Origin: Cladosporium halotolerans
Lineage: Eukaryota
Direction of reading: 5' to 3'
Assembly (NCBI RefSeq): GCF_011745625.1
Contig: NW_027191490.1
Span: 1 to 64,000, forward strand
Length of the DNA: 64,000 nt
Shown here: positions 11,246 through 22,608 of the stretch, in pieces
Layout of the letters: each line of letters begins with the position of its first letter
Position numbering within the stretch: position 1 is the first letter of the stretch
Translations under genes and position numbers: made by a program
Notes under the pieces: model-generated
Told to the model about the DNA's origin: nothing
The model's input: the letters and a program-made list of their open reading frames with translations, nothing else
Databases searched by the model: none

Positions 11246-13452
11246 TGTGATGGATGGGACAATATTGGTGCAGCAACGGAACACGGCGCATGCGCGAGGC
11301 TCGCAGCGATTTAAGTACGCGGCAATGGTCTCCAACCTGGCCGAGGGGATGCGCAGCTGGGCGCGTCATCTGTTGGAGCAACGGTTACCGACTAGTTGAG
11401 TAGCACTTCCTAGCGCTGCATTAATGTGCAGCCCCCGCAACATCGAGAGAATGCCATCGGTACGGTGGCAGGTATGTACGGAATCATTCCAAAATGTCCC
11501 AGCCATACGGATCGTCTGGCATCTCGGGCGTGCATTAGCGAGGTGATATCGACCAGACATGAAGAACCATTCGGAGCGGCCGCTGAGCTGGACTGTTTTC
11601 GATCCTAGCCATCAGAGGAGGTAGGCTGTGACGCTTTGGATATCACTAGTGTAGGAGCACATGAGAGCGGACCATTAGCGGTATGATCATTTTATGGCTT
11701 CAACCTCTGGTACGGCGTCCATCTGTATCATAGCAGTTTTGCAAGGGGCGGCAGGGATGATTGATCCCAGTACTAGACCCAGACACTTGGGATAAGCGAT
11801 GTGGAGGCTGCGGCATCCTGATGTGTTGCTGGGGTCTGAACAGTGAGGTCCGATCCACAAGTGCGTCAAGCGCGGTCAGAGTGGGACGCATTCGGGCTAC
11901 ACGGATAATTGTAGGTGGCCCCTCGAGTCCCTTCACCAGCGACATGACCGCGATGGCGTGTTGGCGTCGAGCTCGGTTTGAGCTGTGGACGTCGCCTCCT
12001 GCAGGAGTTGCGGAGAATAGATGACATGAAGTGTGGAACTCGTTAAAGTGGGGTTGTCGTTTTGGGAAAATAGGTGTCAACCTCAGGCAGCTCTGTCTCG
12101 ATGCGGAAATCACCATCTGACAGCAAAAGACACGGCATCATCTTGCATTCCTTGCATTTCTCCTGGATTACATCGCGTTGCTGTCAAGATTCGCACCTCA
12201 TACCAATTCACATGCTTGTCACTCTTGAAAGTATGCAAATCAAAGAGATCGTGATCAAAGGCGTCCCCGGCAAGCGGTTCCGCAAAAAGACCATCGATCT
12301 CTCGCTCTGCGGACCGCGGCTCGCGGCACGCGCGGGAGATCTTCGACCGTACCAAAGATCGCTGCGTCATGTACTGTAAAGCCTCCCTGCCGTCTCCACT
12401 AGATCGTCGGCACACGCACGAATAGATCCACTGCCATTGCAGATTTAGCTGCTCCCTAAGTGCCGGGGTCGCAAAGACTCCAGCCGCCCAGCTCATGCAT
12501 ACCAATGCACTTTGCCGACCTCTCCACGCAATGCCAGCCATGGGCTCAACTGTCATGCGTATGATCTGGGCATGCGAACCAGTGGCCTGCGAACGAGAGC
12601 ACACACCATGCAAAGGCATGCAACAGAGACACCGTTCCGCCGACGCGACACAGCCTTCGCGATTTCTCGGACTTTGTCGCGTCGATGCTTTTTGAGATGC
12701 TTCACAAGGTTCGCTTGCTGACGCACCAAGACTATTGCGCTTAGATCAGCTCTTTGGACGAGAAAGCGCAGTCTGCCGTTCTTTATCTTTGACTTTCTGC
12801 CCAGTACTACTGAAGAACTATGGGAGAAGCAGTCGTCTTAATTTCAGTCAACTCACCCATTCGTCCAAGACAAACAAGATACCGAACTCAATTCTGTATT
12901 GCGGAGATGGTGGGAGGGAATGGACTCTGGAACGCGACGTAAGTATCTTGCGGAGATGTTTGCCTCAACAAGTGGCCATTCTCTGATGATGAATGGGCGG
13001 AGGAGATACTCGATGGAACTGACAACGACGTCTCGATGAGGTTGACCACAGTCTTTCTAGCTCCTCGAGAAGTTTCCCGCCGATCAGATCACTTCCAGCA
13101 CAGTACCTAGAGGACTACCGCAACATTAAATGAATGGAAACTGATCATGGCTCCAGGTCAGCCAATCCAGACCGCCAAGTTCGCATCGATTGTCGGCGCG
13201 AAGAGTAGACGGAATGCATACGGAACAACTCAGGCGAATTCGAAATACTGAAGGTTGCTCTTGCCGAAAGGCGACGTCTTCGGATAATTCGGTCATGATA
13301 TACTATGGACTCGACGCGCCATCCGTTATGCAGAGACAACCTGACGACATTTGCCTGCGTGGACTGTGATACCGAAGCCTCGCCGTTTCCGACCCTTAGC
13401 TACCTCTCTGGAGAACGTCGGCAGTATGTCGATCCGAGTATGATAACGGACC

Positions 13453-15143
13453 TCACACCTTATAAAAGAGCTTCGCATGGCCTTGGAGATACCATTTGGT
13501 GCCATAGAGACAAAATCCAGCCGCAGCCGACAAAGCTCCGCAAAAGCCAATCGAAATGGCATACGCACCTGCTCCGCTCTTGCCCAAATTGCTCCGTGAA
13601 TACTCTTGAAGCAGCATTGCGAGAGGGTTTCCGGCGAAACAGGGTACAATGAGACTCAGCCAGAAGACGGCCATGGCAGAGCCAAGGTTCTTCACTCCGA
13701 CTGTCGAGGCTGCCACTGGGGCTGCGGCGCTCCATACAGCGCCTCCGGCACCTCCTTGGATGAGTGCGAATGCGGCAAGCGATGCGATGCTTCTTGATGG
13801 AAGCCAAACAGCCCAGCATGCTATGCCGTTTGCTAGGCATAATGCTATTGCCATGTTGACGCGACCAAACTTGTCGAGCACGAAGCCGGCAATAGGTCGT
13901 CCGATCATGAGACCGGCTGCGAGAAGAGACTGTATCATGGCGCCCTGCGCTTGAGAAAGACCCAAGCCATTGGTTGCGAAGATCGCGATGCTGTATAGGG
14001 CCACGTAGTACGACATCACTGTGAGAGAAAGTGTCAGCTTTGTATTGTACCGCTGCTCAAATTGGATACACGAACTCGCCAGCCCTCCCCAGATCCACAC
14101 CCAAACGAATCCGCGGTGCACAATCCATGACAGCTGCAAAGGCTCTGAGAAAGCGCCAGACTCTTTCAGTCTCGGCTTCATCAGCAATATGCAAGGGAAG
14201 AGTATCCCAGCCGAAATGGTTCCATTAGCGATCAGAGAATATTTCACGGACGTCCGTTCGATTAGAAGTCGGGTGGTATTCGAGAAGATGAGGCCCCCGA
14301 AGCCTGAGCCAGCATTTGCAAGTCCCTATGCCTACTCAGTTCGATGTCGCAAATATGACCCCTCATGAGAGACACCTACTTGCGCCAGACTCAGTCTTCG
14401 ATCGAACCATTGTGCCAACAGCGGCTGTGAAGGGACTAGAGTCTATTCCCCATGAAGGGTAATATGTCAACAATCATATACTCCTAAGAGCGAATTTTCT
14501 CTGCAACTCACCAATCCTAGGCCTGTGCAGATCGTCAGCAAATGGTCGAACCTACTCCAGGCGTCCCATTCTCACTCACCAACGCCAAAGATCAGGCCTT
14601 GACAAACTATGTAAGTCTCGAAGTTCTTACACAACCCTGCCATGCACTGACCAAGGCTGCATGAAAGCGCTCCTATTCCGACATTAGTGACTTCTGAAAC
14701 CGTCTGGTGCCAGGTTAGCATACCTGCAAGCATTGGTACGCGATGACCGAAGTGCTTGGTCAGGAAGTTGGCCAAAGGGGCGCAAAGCAAAGCAACAGCG
14801 ATAGAGGAGCTGCCAACAAGAGAGTACTTGAGAGGCGTGGCGCCCGAGAACGTATCGTTTGCTTCGAAGTATGACAGGTACACGCCGAAAGAAGTGTTGA
14901 ATCCTTGTGAGTGTTAGCCAAGGCTCCATCTAATATGAACTGAAACGACTGACCCCATGTTGCTGCGTTCAAGAGTAGGATCGAAATCACCATTATCCAC
15001 CCATAACCGCCATTCGGAGGATCATTGACTGTCGGATCTTGAGCAGCCTCCAGCTGTTTCTCAGAGTCTGGGCCACCACGTTGGCAAACGATGGGGGCGG
15101 AGGTTCCTTTGCTTTCCCATGCGCCGGCAGCAGAGGCAGCCAT
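13453..15143 (-). CDS. MFS monocarboxylate transporter (MCT/MCH family); 7 exons
   Basis: PPNGGYGW, WGFNTSFGVYL, QGLIFGVGLGL, QWFDRRLSLAQGLANAGSGFGGLIF, GRPIAGFVLDKFGR. Six GT-AG introns. Confidence 0.9.
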
Positions 15144-16103
15144 ATCTGCTCTTTCGTGATCGGCTCAAGAATCGAAGACTCTGTCAAAATAAGTTATGCT
15201 CGTAAGTCTGTAGAGTCGATGAGGTGCGAAAAAATGAATCATCATAGAGGCGGACCCTCGACTTAAATCACGTTCCCCAGGCATTGCCATCGTAGTCTCG
15301 ACGCATGGGTCGATACGCATCTGGATGGTCCGCCTGCACGATTGACTAAAAAATACGACGCAATAAGGATACGTGTGTCAGCGTCTGCAGGGTATGTTAA
15401 AACGCGAGCCCGACAAGGCGTGGCCGGGGCCTACAACTGAACACCGAGCACCTTCGCCGACCTGCGCGCTTCTCTCACTGCCGATCCACGTACTCACAAG
15501 GAGACGAGAGAGCTAGAGCGTAAAGATTATGTACGTTGATTGCTATGCTAAGGCAGTCTCCCGCTCACAGAACATCTGGCCTAAATATCAGCGTGACGGT
15601 TCATTGAGTGCGTCGACTGGAAATCTCGGAAATCCAGGCGTATGACCAGCACGTTCAAAGCAATTAGTGTTCCGACCAGGTAGTTTTGCATGCCTTCTGT
15701 ACAAAATGAAGCGAAATGTGGAATTATAAATGCCAACAACAGGCTCCCCAATGGTCGTGAACACCTGGGAGGCTCTGGGTTGTCCGGTAGGCTCGTGTCA
15801 AGCAGTGTTGTCCAGACGCATCCCATTCTGAGAGGAGGGCAGTCTCGACGCAAGTAACATGCAAGTCAAAATCTGACCTGTTCGTTCACATCAAGGTGGC
15901 ATGGTTGCTGACCACCAGAGCGGAGAGTATTACTCTCTGGTTTCTTGCCATGCATTTGACTTCCCGATTCGGCGTCGGCGATCAGATCTGAACGCCGAAG
16001 ATGCCCGAACCACGAGCATGCGGCGTCCGCGGTCTCCCAACAATTGGGCCAACAATTCTTTTCGCCGTTTTAAACAAAGCCGATATGTTTCGATGCAGGA
16101 GTC

Positions 16104-18552
16104 ATGGCGAATACAGGGCGGCACACTGAAGAGATCGCGAGCGCTTCAGGCAGCCCGCCGTCGCAGAACGGTTCGAAGCAGCATGTTGCTTGCTTGCCTT
16201 GTCGGCAGACAAAGCAAAAATGCTCCAAAGGCATTCCATGGTAAGAATACATATTTTTCATATCTCAATGGTTATCCAATTGATATTGACTTCCTCACAG
16301 TCAACGCTGCTCCAGGAATCAATTGAGCTGTCGATATCCCTCGAAGTCAAATCGAGGGAGAAAGCGCGGTAGCACTAAGTAAGGACCAATCAATCTGAAG
16401 AAAGGACTCGTCTGATGTGAGAATCCAGCAAACCTGACACAGCGGAAAAATTGCTGTCAAGATTGAGTCGAAGCTCATTTAGGGATGAAGTGATAGCTGC
16501 CCTTGGCGGGCAGAATGGCGGCAACTCGACATCACCACCACCAGCAACAGTAGGAGCTTCTTCGCGACGGCTCGAAAGTCTTCAGGAGCCACCAGGTGAC
16601 CAGCGACATGAATCTTTAGTGGGATATCTAGACTGCCATCAGCCTACTTATTCTCCACTCGAGATTCTGGCAGCGGCCGTGGCCACCAGCAGGCACGCAT
16701 CGCTAACCGGCGAGGCATCATCGTCTGGTCTCAGGCAGGGAGCTCCAGACCTTACAGCGCCCGGATCGCTGGCACTACAGGCCACGGAAAATTCTACAGA
16801 GACGCTTGCAGCAGACAAGGCGGTTGAGCTGTACTTCAGTCAGTTGGCATTCAATCAACGCCATAGAGACAGTTTTGCTTACCAGATTACAACAGCACCA
16901 CGTACACAGGAGCAGACGGATTGGCAAATCCTAGTTTCACAGCCCGCCGACAGCACCCTTCAGCTGCAATCCACTCTCCACGATCCTATCAATTCGAGAC
17001 TGGTTGACTCGGACGATGCAATCCTCTACTTCAACCTGTAAGCTCCAGATCCGAACGGCACCGCCATGATTATAGCATAGCGAGAACAAAGTCAGCTAAC
17101 GTATTATCGCAGCTTCTTTGAATACCGCAATCCCCTAGTCGGGCTTCTTGACCCTATCTTGCACACGCCTCAATTTGTCCGCTCGAACTCATTCACTCTC
17201 TTCTCCGTCATTTGCGCTTTAGGCTGCGCCATGTCAGATCGTGCCCGCGACAAGTTGCTGTGTTCGGCCTTAGTCGTTTTGGCCGAAGGCAATATAAAGT
17301 GGTCAATTGCCGCATCGGTCAGGACCGTCGAAACCATCCAGGCGATTATCAACATGACATACTGGGCTCCAGCATCGGAAAGACAATGTGATGATCCTTA
17401 CTGGCTGCGCTTGACACATGTAAGTGACTCAAGGGATTTCATCTTGAGATAACCGAATAGATCATGACTGACAGGCCGGATCATAGGCTGCGCAGACTGG
17501 CCGAGAAATGGGCATCCATCGACCAGAAACGATCGTTCAAAAGGTCAATTCCATACCAGGGCTCACCGAAGAAGACAGAGAGCGCCGACAACGCAACTAC
17601 GAGCGCACATGGCTGTACGTCTTCATCGCAGACAAAAGCTTCGGCATCGCGACTGGCCGCCCCATGTGTGTATCCTGGAAAGAGCTCATGCCGGATGTTG
17701 CGAACTGGTGGCGCAGAAAGGGCACCACGCCATTGGATCGTTTGCTCTGCGGCGTGGCTGAAATGAGACTGATAACAGTGAGTGATTCCGCACGCTAATG
17801 TTAGACAAGCATTTTGACCTCGTGCCTCACCACAGGTCCGAGCCTTCGAAGTCCGCCAGACACCCCCTCGAACCAAAGCGACCATCCTACAATGGCAAAG
17901 ATCAAACTTCGCCGCCATCTCCCACCTGCGAAGCATCCGCTGCTCCCACCCCGAACCCTTCGCCACTCCGCCCTCGCCCGCCATCCCCACCCTCTCCTTC
18001 TACCTAGACTACTCCCTCGTGCTCATCAACTCCTACGCCCTCCGCGACCTCATCGGCCTCGGCGTCCTCGACGACCAAGCAGAACTAACAAGCATCTACC
18101 AGCAAAGCATGCAAGTCGCAGACCGCATGATGGAGACGATCCTCCACGACCCCGCGATGCGCAAGCTCATGCTGGGCATCATCAACCCGCAGCTCGTGAT
18201 GCTGTGCCACGTGGCGACGGAGACGATCCAGGCCGCGCGGCGCAACACGCTGCCGCAGACGGTCGCGGCCGCGGCGCTGAAGGCGCGCTCCGTCGCGCTG
18301 CTGCTCGACGACGTCAAGCGCGCGGTGCCCTGCACGTCGTGGGTGGCGCTGTACTCGACGCTGTATAAGAGTTTTGTCGCGCAGCTGGACGAGGTGCTCG
18401 CGAGCGATCTTTCTTGCGCTGGTGAGGGGTTTGGCGATGCGGCGCTGACGGGGTGGTGGGATCCGGTTGATGGGGGCTTGTTGGATTTGTCGAGTTGGTT
18501 GGAGAGTGAAGATGCTGGGGGTCTTGGGTCGGAGGGGCTGGGGCTGGGTTGA
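16104..18552 (+). CDS. Zn(II)2Cys6 transcription factor with fungal-specific middle homology region; 6 exons
   Basis: Spliced ACLPCRQTKQKCSKGIPC/QRCSRNQLSC binuclear cluster (intron 16241-16300; missed by the ORF track) and NYERTWLYVFIADKSFGIATGRP. Other introns about 16379-16428, 17038-17112, 17420-17486, 17778-17835. Confidence 0.9.
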
Positions 18553-18990
18553 TGAAAGGCATCAACGTCTCATTGAAGGGCCCGAAAACGTGAGATTGCA
18601 TGCGACATGGAGACGAAGTAAACGTTGTCGCAGAAGAATCGCTGCAATTTGTCTAATCCTGACCGATGAGTACCATACTCTGTAGGTAATGATGGAGATA
18701 TCCTCGCCGTGAAAGAAAGAGATAGACAGAACGCCGCGCGATGCCATGCCCGCTTGCCCGCCATGCAATGTACAAATCGAAACAAAAAAGCCCGCTTCAA
18801 AGAGAAAGACCAAGCGCGACCAGAAAAGGCGCGATGCCATCACAAAACCCCACGCAACTCATTACAAAAGACACTCAAATCAAAAGCCAACGAAACCTCA
18901 GAGCCCCCAAACACAGAATCCTCGACAAGCCCCTTCCCTTCCCAGTCCCAAATCGCGTGCCAGCTTCATCAAAGCATGCCCCCGCCTACG

Positions 18991-21900
18991 TTAAGCACTC
19001 CTCTTGAAAACCTCCACGCCCAGCGTCGGAGTCTCCACCCACCGATTGTCCGGCACGCCCTCGTTCTTCCTGCGCTCGAAGAAACTCTGGCACTCGCCCA
19101 CGACCATCATCCACTCCGCCAGCGCGCGGCCCGTGTACCGCGCACGCTCCCTGCCCAGACCCTTCGGCTCGATGGCTTGCAGGTGCTGCGCGCCGTTGGC
19201 GACGGGCGAGCGCGTCTGCAGGAACTCTTGCGCTGGTTTCGGCAGGCGGGGCGGGAAGAGCCGGATTTGGCCCGGGGCTTTGACGTTGGGGTGGAATTCG
19301 AGAGAGAATTTGAAGGAGAAGTGGCGGTGGGCTGCGGTGGCTGGGTTGGTGCTGGTGGAGCGCGTGGAAGGTTTGGGATCTGGGCTGGTGAGGGTCGTTG
19401 CGGTGGCGTTGCGAAGGCGGTCTTGGGAGGGCGAGCGATTGGAGGCGGCGTGCTGGGCGTCGTTGATGGCATCTGCCGTGGAGCGTTGGAGGTCTGAGGA
19501 AGAGCGGACGGGGCTCTTGGGCCGGTTGCGCGTCGTCATCATGTTCCGGATCATGCCTCGCAGGCCTTTGGGCGGGCTGTTGGGCTCGTCCATGGAGTGG
19601 GAGGAGTTAGGCCGGGATTCCATTTCCATGACAGAGTTTTGCTCCGAGAATCGCTTTGTGCTCGAGAGCTGCGAGGAAGGGTTTGGTGGGACAATGCCGT
19701 CGAAAGAGATGAATGAACCGCCGCCAACGTTGGTTGGGGCGTCTGTCCTGATGATCAAGAGGCGGCGACTCGGGGCGGGGTTGCACGGATTGGTCGGCGG
19801 AAGCAGAGCACGACGCTTGGTTGCGTCTTCGCGGAGCCAGAGATAGTGTGACCATGTAAGCGAAAGGTGTTCGTGCATAGCCCCGAGAACCTCCACCTCC
19901 CGTTTCGCCGGCTCGCCATCGAACCTTCCGACTCGCCAGCATAGCAAACGCATATAGTACGCCCTAACCATCGGGCACCAGTGGTTGAATCTACTCTCAA
20001 ATATGTCGGGGTCCAGCAAGAAGTTCATGCACAAGTCAGCCTTCCGTTCGGGGTCCGAGGCGAGAGGGTTCCAGATGGTGTACAGGAAAGCATAAAGCCG
20101 GATTTCCGTCAAGGTATTCTCGCTACTGGCCATTTTCTTGCAGACGGTGGCCCAGAACTCCGCGTTGAGCAATGGACCTCTACTGCTCTCCAGATGCTCG
20201 AAGCGGACAAGAATCACAAGTGCCTCTTCTAAGAAGTCTAGCAGTGTGTAGCATGCCGAGTGATCGAAGATAGACGTGCCGCGGGTGGCGCTTTGCAAAA
20301 GGTCGTTGAAAGATTCTGCAAATAATTGACGAGCGAGGGGATGTTCCGCAGCTCGCTCAGAAATGAAATCGCGTATTAACATTATGAGCCGATTCTCGGC
20401 CATTATTCGTGTGGCGTTAGCAGGCAATGAGGGTATCGTAGAGGCCACTGCATCCGGGCCCGAAAAGACATCGTCGAAAGTGGAAGACGTGCTGGCGGAG
20501 CTGATCTCTTTGCCAGCAGGCTTCGCATCTCTGTGTATTGTAGAGTCGAGGTTCGTGAGAATCTGGCCGTGGACCATGAGCAACCCGGGTACACACATCC
20601 GCTCGCTCTTGTTCGAGCCCATGGGTAGGAAGTCGGCAACAAGTATGTGGTAGTGTTTGACGAAGACGTAGAACAGATCGCTTTCTCGACCGGTCCATCT
20701 CTCCAGCCAGTAACCCCACCAGTCGATGTGATTCGTGCCGAGTGGAAGGGGTGGTGGGTTGTGCAGCTTGCGCATCATCTTTGACAGTGACTGAAACTCA
20801 AGACTGTGCAGAGCTGGCGGAAAGCAAGATAAGATTGGCTGTGAGACCTCCGTGAGCTGGTCAAACTTGCCTATGCCATTCTCGCTCAGCACTCTGCGCA
20901 AAGTGTCTGCTGGTAGATCCCACAGCCTGACCAGAATATCGGCCATCCCTGGCACGAACATGAAGGCATAAGCGCAAGCTTTACCGCAGAATGTCACCAG
21001 ACTGGCAGATGCGTTGCGCAAAGTCATCTTATCGACCACGAACGCCATCTGAGCACTCAGATTCTGCAGAAAGATGTTCCGCACATTGTGGTGAACAGAC
21101 TCGGTCAAGAAATCCGACACACTTGACGAAGCGGATGTAAGAGACAGATCGCTTCGGGATCGCACGCGTTCCTCACGGGTGTTCAAAGGAGAGAAGGGGG
21201 ATGGCGGCAATCGCCACTCGGGTCGCTCCATGATGCCAGAAATGCCATCGAGAATCGCAGGCCGGTCGGTCCCGGATATTGATTGGTTGTTTCGTCCATG
21301 GAGCATTTCCAGTAAGCCGCACCACCATTTGTTCAAGATGTTAGCTCTTCGGTCCAGGTCCTCAGCTCGGAGCTTGCTGTTCGACGTGTGGTTGGCATAC
21401 TGCCTGAGAAAGGGAATCAAAGTCGAGCGCAAGACGTTTGCCTTCAGAGCCACCGATTTCGATGAGAACTTGGCATAGTCTCCATCCAAGGCACGAAACA
21501 CACTCCAGAGCTCGTCTTTCTTCTTCGACGCTGAAAGTGGGCTGCCAGAATAGGTGCGATCGCCAGACACAACTCTCGGGACAGGAGTTGCGCGTTCCTG
21601 GTTGCTTGAGTCGTGTTGTGCTGAGGGTAGACGGTCGGTGGAAAAAGACTTTTGGAAGACAGGGACCTCTGGCACAGGCGGCGCGAGTCCCTCGTCTGCG
21701 CTCTTGCCGCGGAAAAGACCATCAGTGGGCCTGGCGAGTTTGTTGCGAATGGACAAAGATTTCCGGCGGAGAAGCCCAGGTCGTTCCGGTGAAGTGTCGG
21801 CGCTTGGTGTTGCAGAGTGCGAGTCCCGTACTGCGTCTGACGCTTTCTTGGGCTTGACGGTGTCCTTTCGTCGAAGAAGTGATCTTCTGTTGCTGGAACG

Positions 21901-22608
21901 CGCCGCTCCCGGAGAAGGCGAGTCTTGTGCATCCGCTTGACCGCTAGGTTGTGATTTCGGGACCGACAATGACTTCCTCTTGTCGCTTTTCTCCGGCGAA
22001 GGTGAACGTGAACCAGGTGCGGAAGAGCCAGATATCCACGATCTTCTATTGAGTCTGCTGGCGAACGACGAGCCTGGGATGATCCGGGGCCTAGTAGGTT
22101 TTGACGGGGACGCTGTAGGTGTCGGGGTGCTCGCGCCGCTGTCGTTTGTATCGGAGGTCTCCAACGCCTGCGAATCTGCCGCCTCTTCGCTCGAACCTTC
22201 CTTCTCGGCCTGCTTCTGCAACACAATCTTTGGGTTCTGGTGTAATTGAGCAACAAGATCAGGAGGATCTGCAACTGGCGACCTTATCTCAAGTTCGTCG
22301 GGCGTGTTCCAGCCCGAGGAGTCAGGTGGGGAGCCATCCGCGGCGTCGTCCGATGTGCTCAAGTCGGTATCCGTGAAACTACCCTTGATAGCGACGATGT
22401 TCGTATTGACATATTTCTGTTGGTGCACGGCATTGGGCATGTAGGTGTACGAAGCCGACCGGGGGAGTTCCGAGTTCAAGACCGGCGGTCGTTCCTTCTC
22501 TTTCATGCCAACGAGGGCTGCCGGGGTCTGGTACCCCGGCGGCCTCCTATTCTCGCCATTTGTCCGAGAGTGTACTGTCTGCACAGCCTCAGTCGCGGCA
22601 GTTGACAT
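18991..22608 (-). CDS. DUF1765 (UPF0592/Ahk1-like) protein
   Basis: Single long ORF, first ATG at 22608. Motifs LDRRANILNKWW and FNHWCPMVRAYYMRLLCWR are typical of fungal DUF1765 proteins; S/P-rich disordered N-terminus. Confidence 0.82.
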   Translation of the reverse strand: MSTAATEAVQTVHSRTNGENRRPPGYQTPAALVGMKEKERPPVLNSELPRSASYTYMPNAVHQQKYVNTNIVAIKGSFTDTDLSTSDDAADGSPPDSSGWNTPDELEIRSPVADPPDLVAQLHQNPKIVLQKQAEKEGSSEEAADSQALETSDTNDSGASTPTPTASPSKPTRPRIIPGSSFASRLNRRSWISGSSAPGSRSPSPEKSDKRKSLSVPKSQPSGQADAQDSPSPGAARSSNRRSLLRRKDTVKPKKASDAVRDSHSATPSADTSPERPGLLRRKSLSIRNKLARPTDGLFRGKSADEGLAPPVPEVPVFQKSFSTDRLPSAQHDSSNQERATPVPRVVSGDRTYSGSPLSASKKKDELWSVFRALDGDYAKFSSKSVALKANVLRSTLIPFLRQYANHTSNSKLRAEDLDRRANILNKWWCGLLEMLHGRNNQSISGTDRPAILDGISGIMERPEWRLPPSPFSPLNTREERVRSRSDLSLTSASSSVSDFLTESVHHNVRNIFLQNLSAQMAFVVDKMTLRNASASLVTFCGKACAYAFMFVPGMADILVRLWDLPADTLRRVLSENGIGKFDQLTEVSQPILSCFPPALHSLEFQSLSKMMRKLHNPPPLPLGTNHIDWWGYWLERWTGRESDLFYVFVKHYHILVADFLPMGSNKSERMCVPGLLMVHGQILTNLDSTIHRDAKPAGKEISSASTSSTFDDVFSGPDAVASTIPSLPANATRIMAENRLIMLIRDFISERAAEHPLARQLFAESFNDLLQSATRGTSIFDHSACYTLLDFLEEALVILVRFEHLESSRGPLLNAEFWATVCKKMASSENTLTEIRLYAFLYTIWNPLASDPERKADLCMNFLLDPDIFESRFNHWCPMVRAYYMRLLCWRVGRFDGEPAKREVEVLGAMHEHLSLTWSHYLWLREDATKRRALLPPTNPCNPAPSRRLLIIRTDAPTNVGGGSFISFDGIVPPNPSSQLSSTKRFSEQNSVMEMESRPNSSHSMDEPNSPPKGLRGMIRNMMTTRNRPKSPVRSSSDLQRSTADAINDAQHAASNRSPSQDRLRNATATTLTSPDPKPSTRSTSTNPATAAHRHFSFKFSLEFHPNVKAPGQIRLFPPRLPKPAQEFLQTRSPVANGAQHLQAIEPKGLGRERARYTGRALAEWMMVVGECQSFFERRKNEGVPDNRWVETPTLGVEVFKRSA

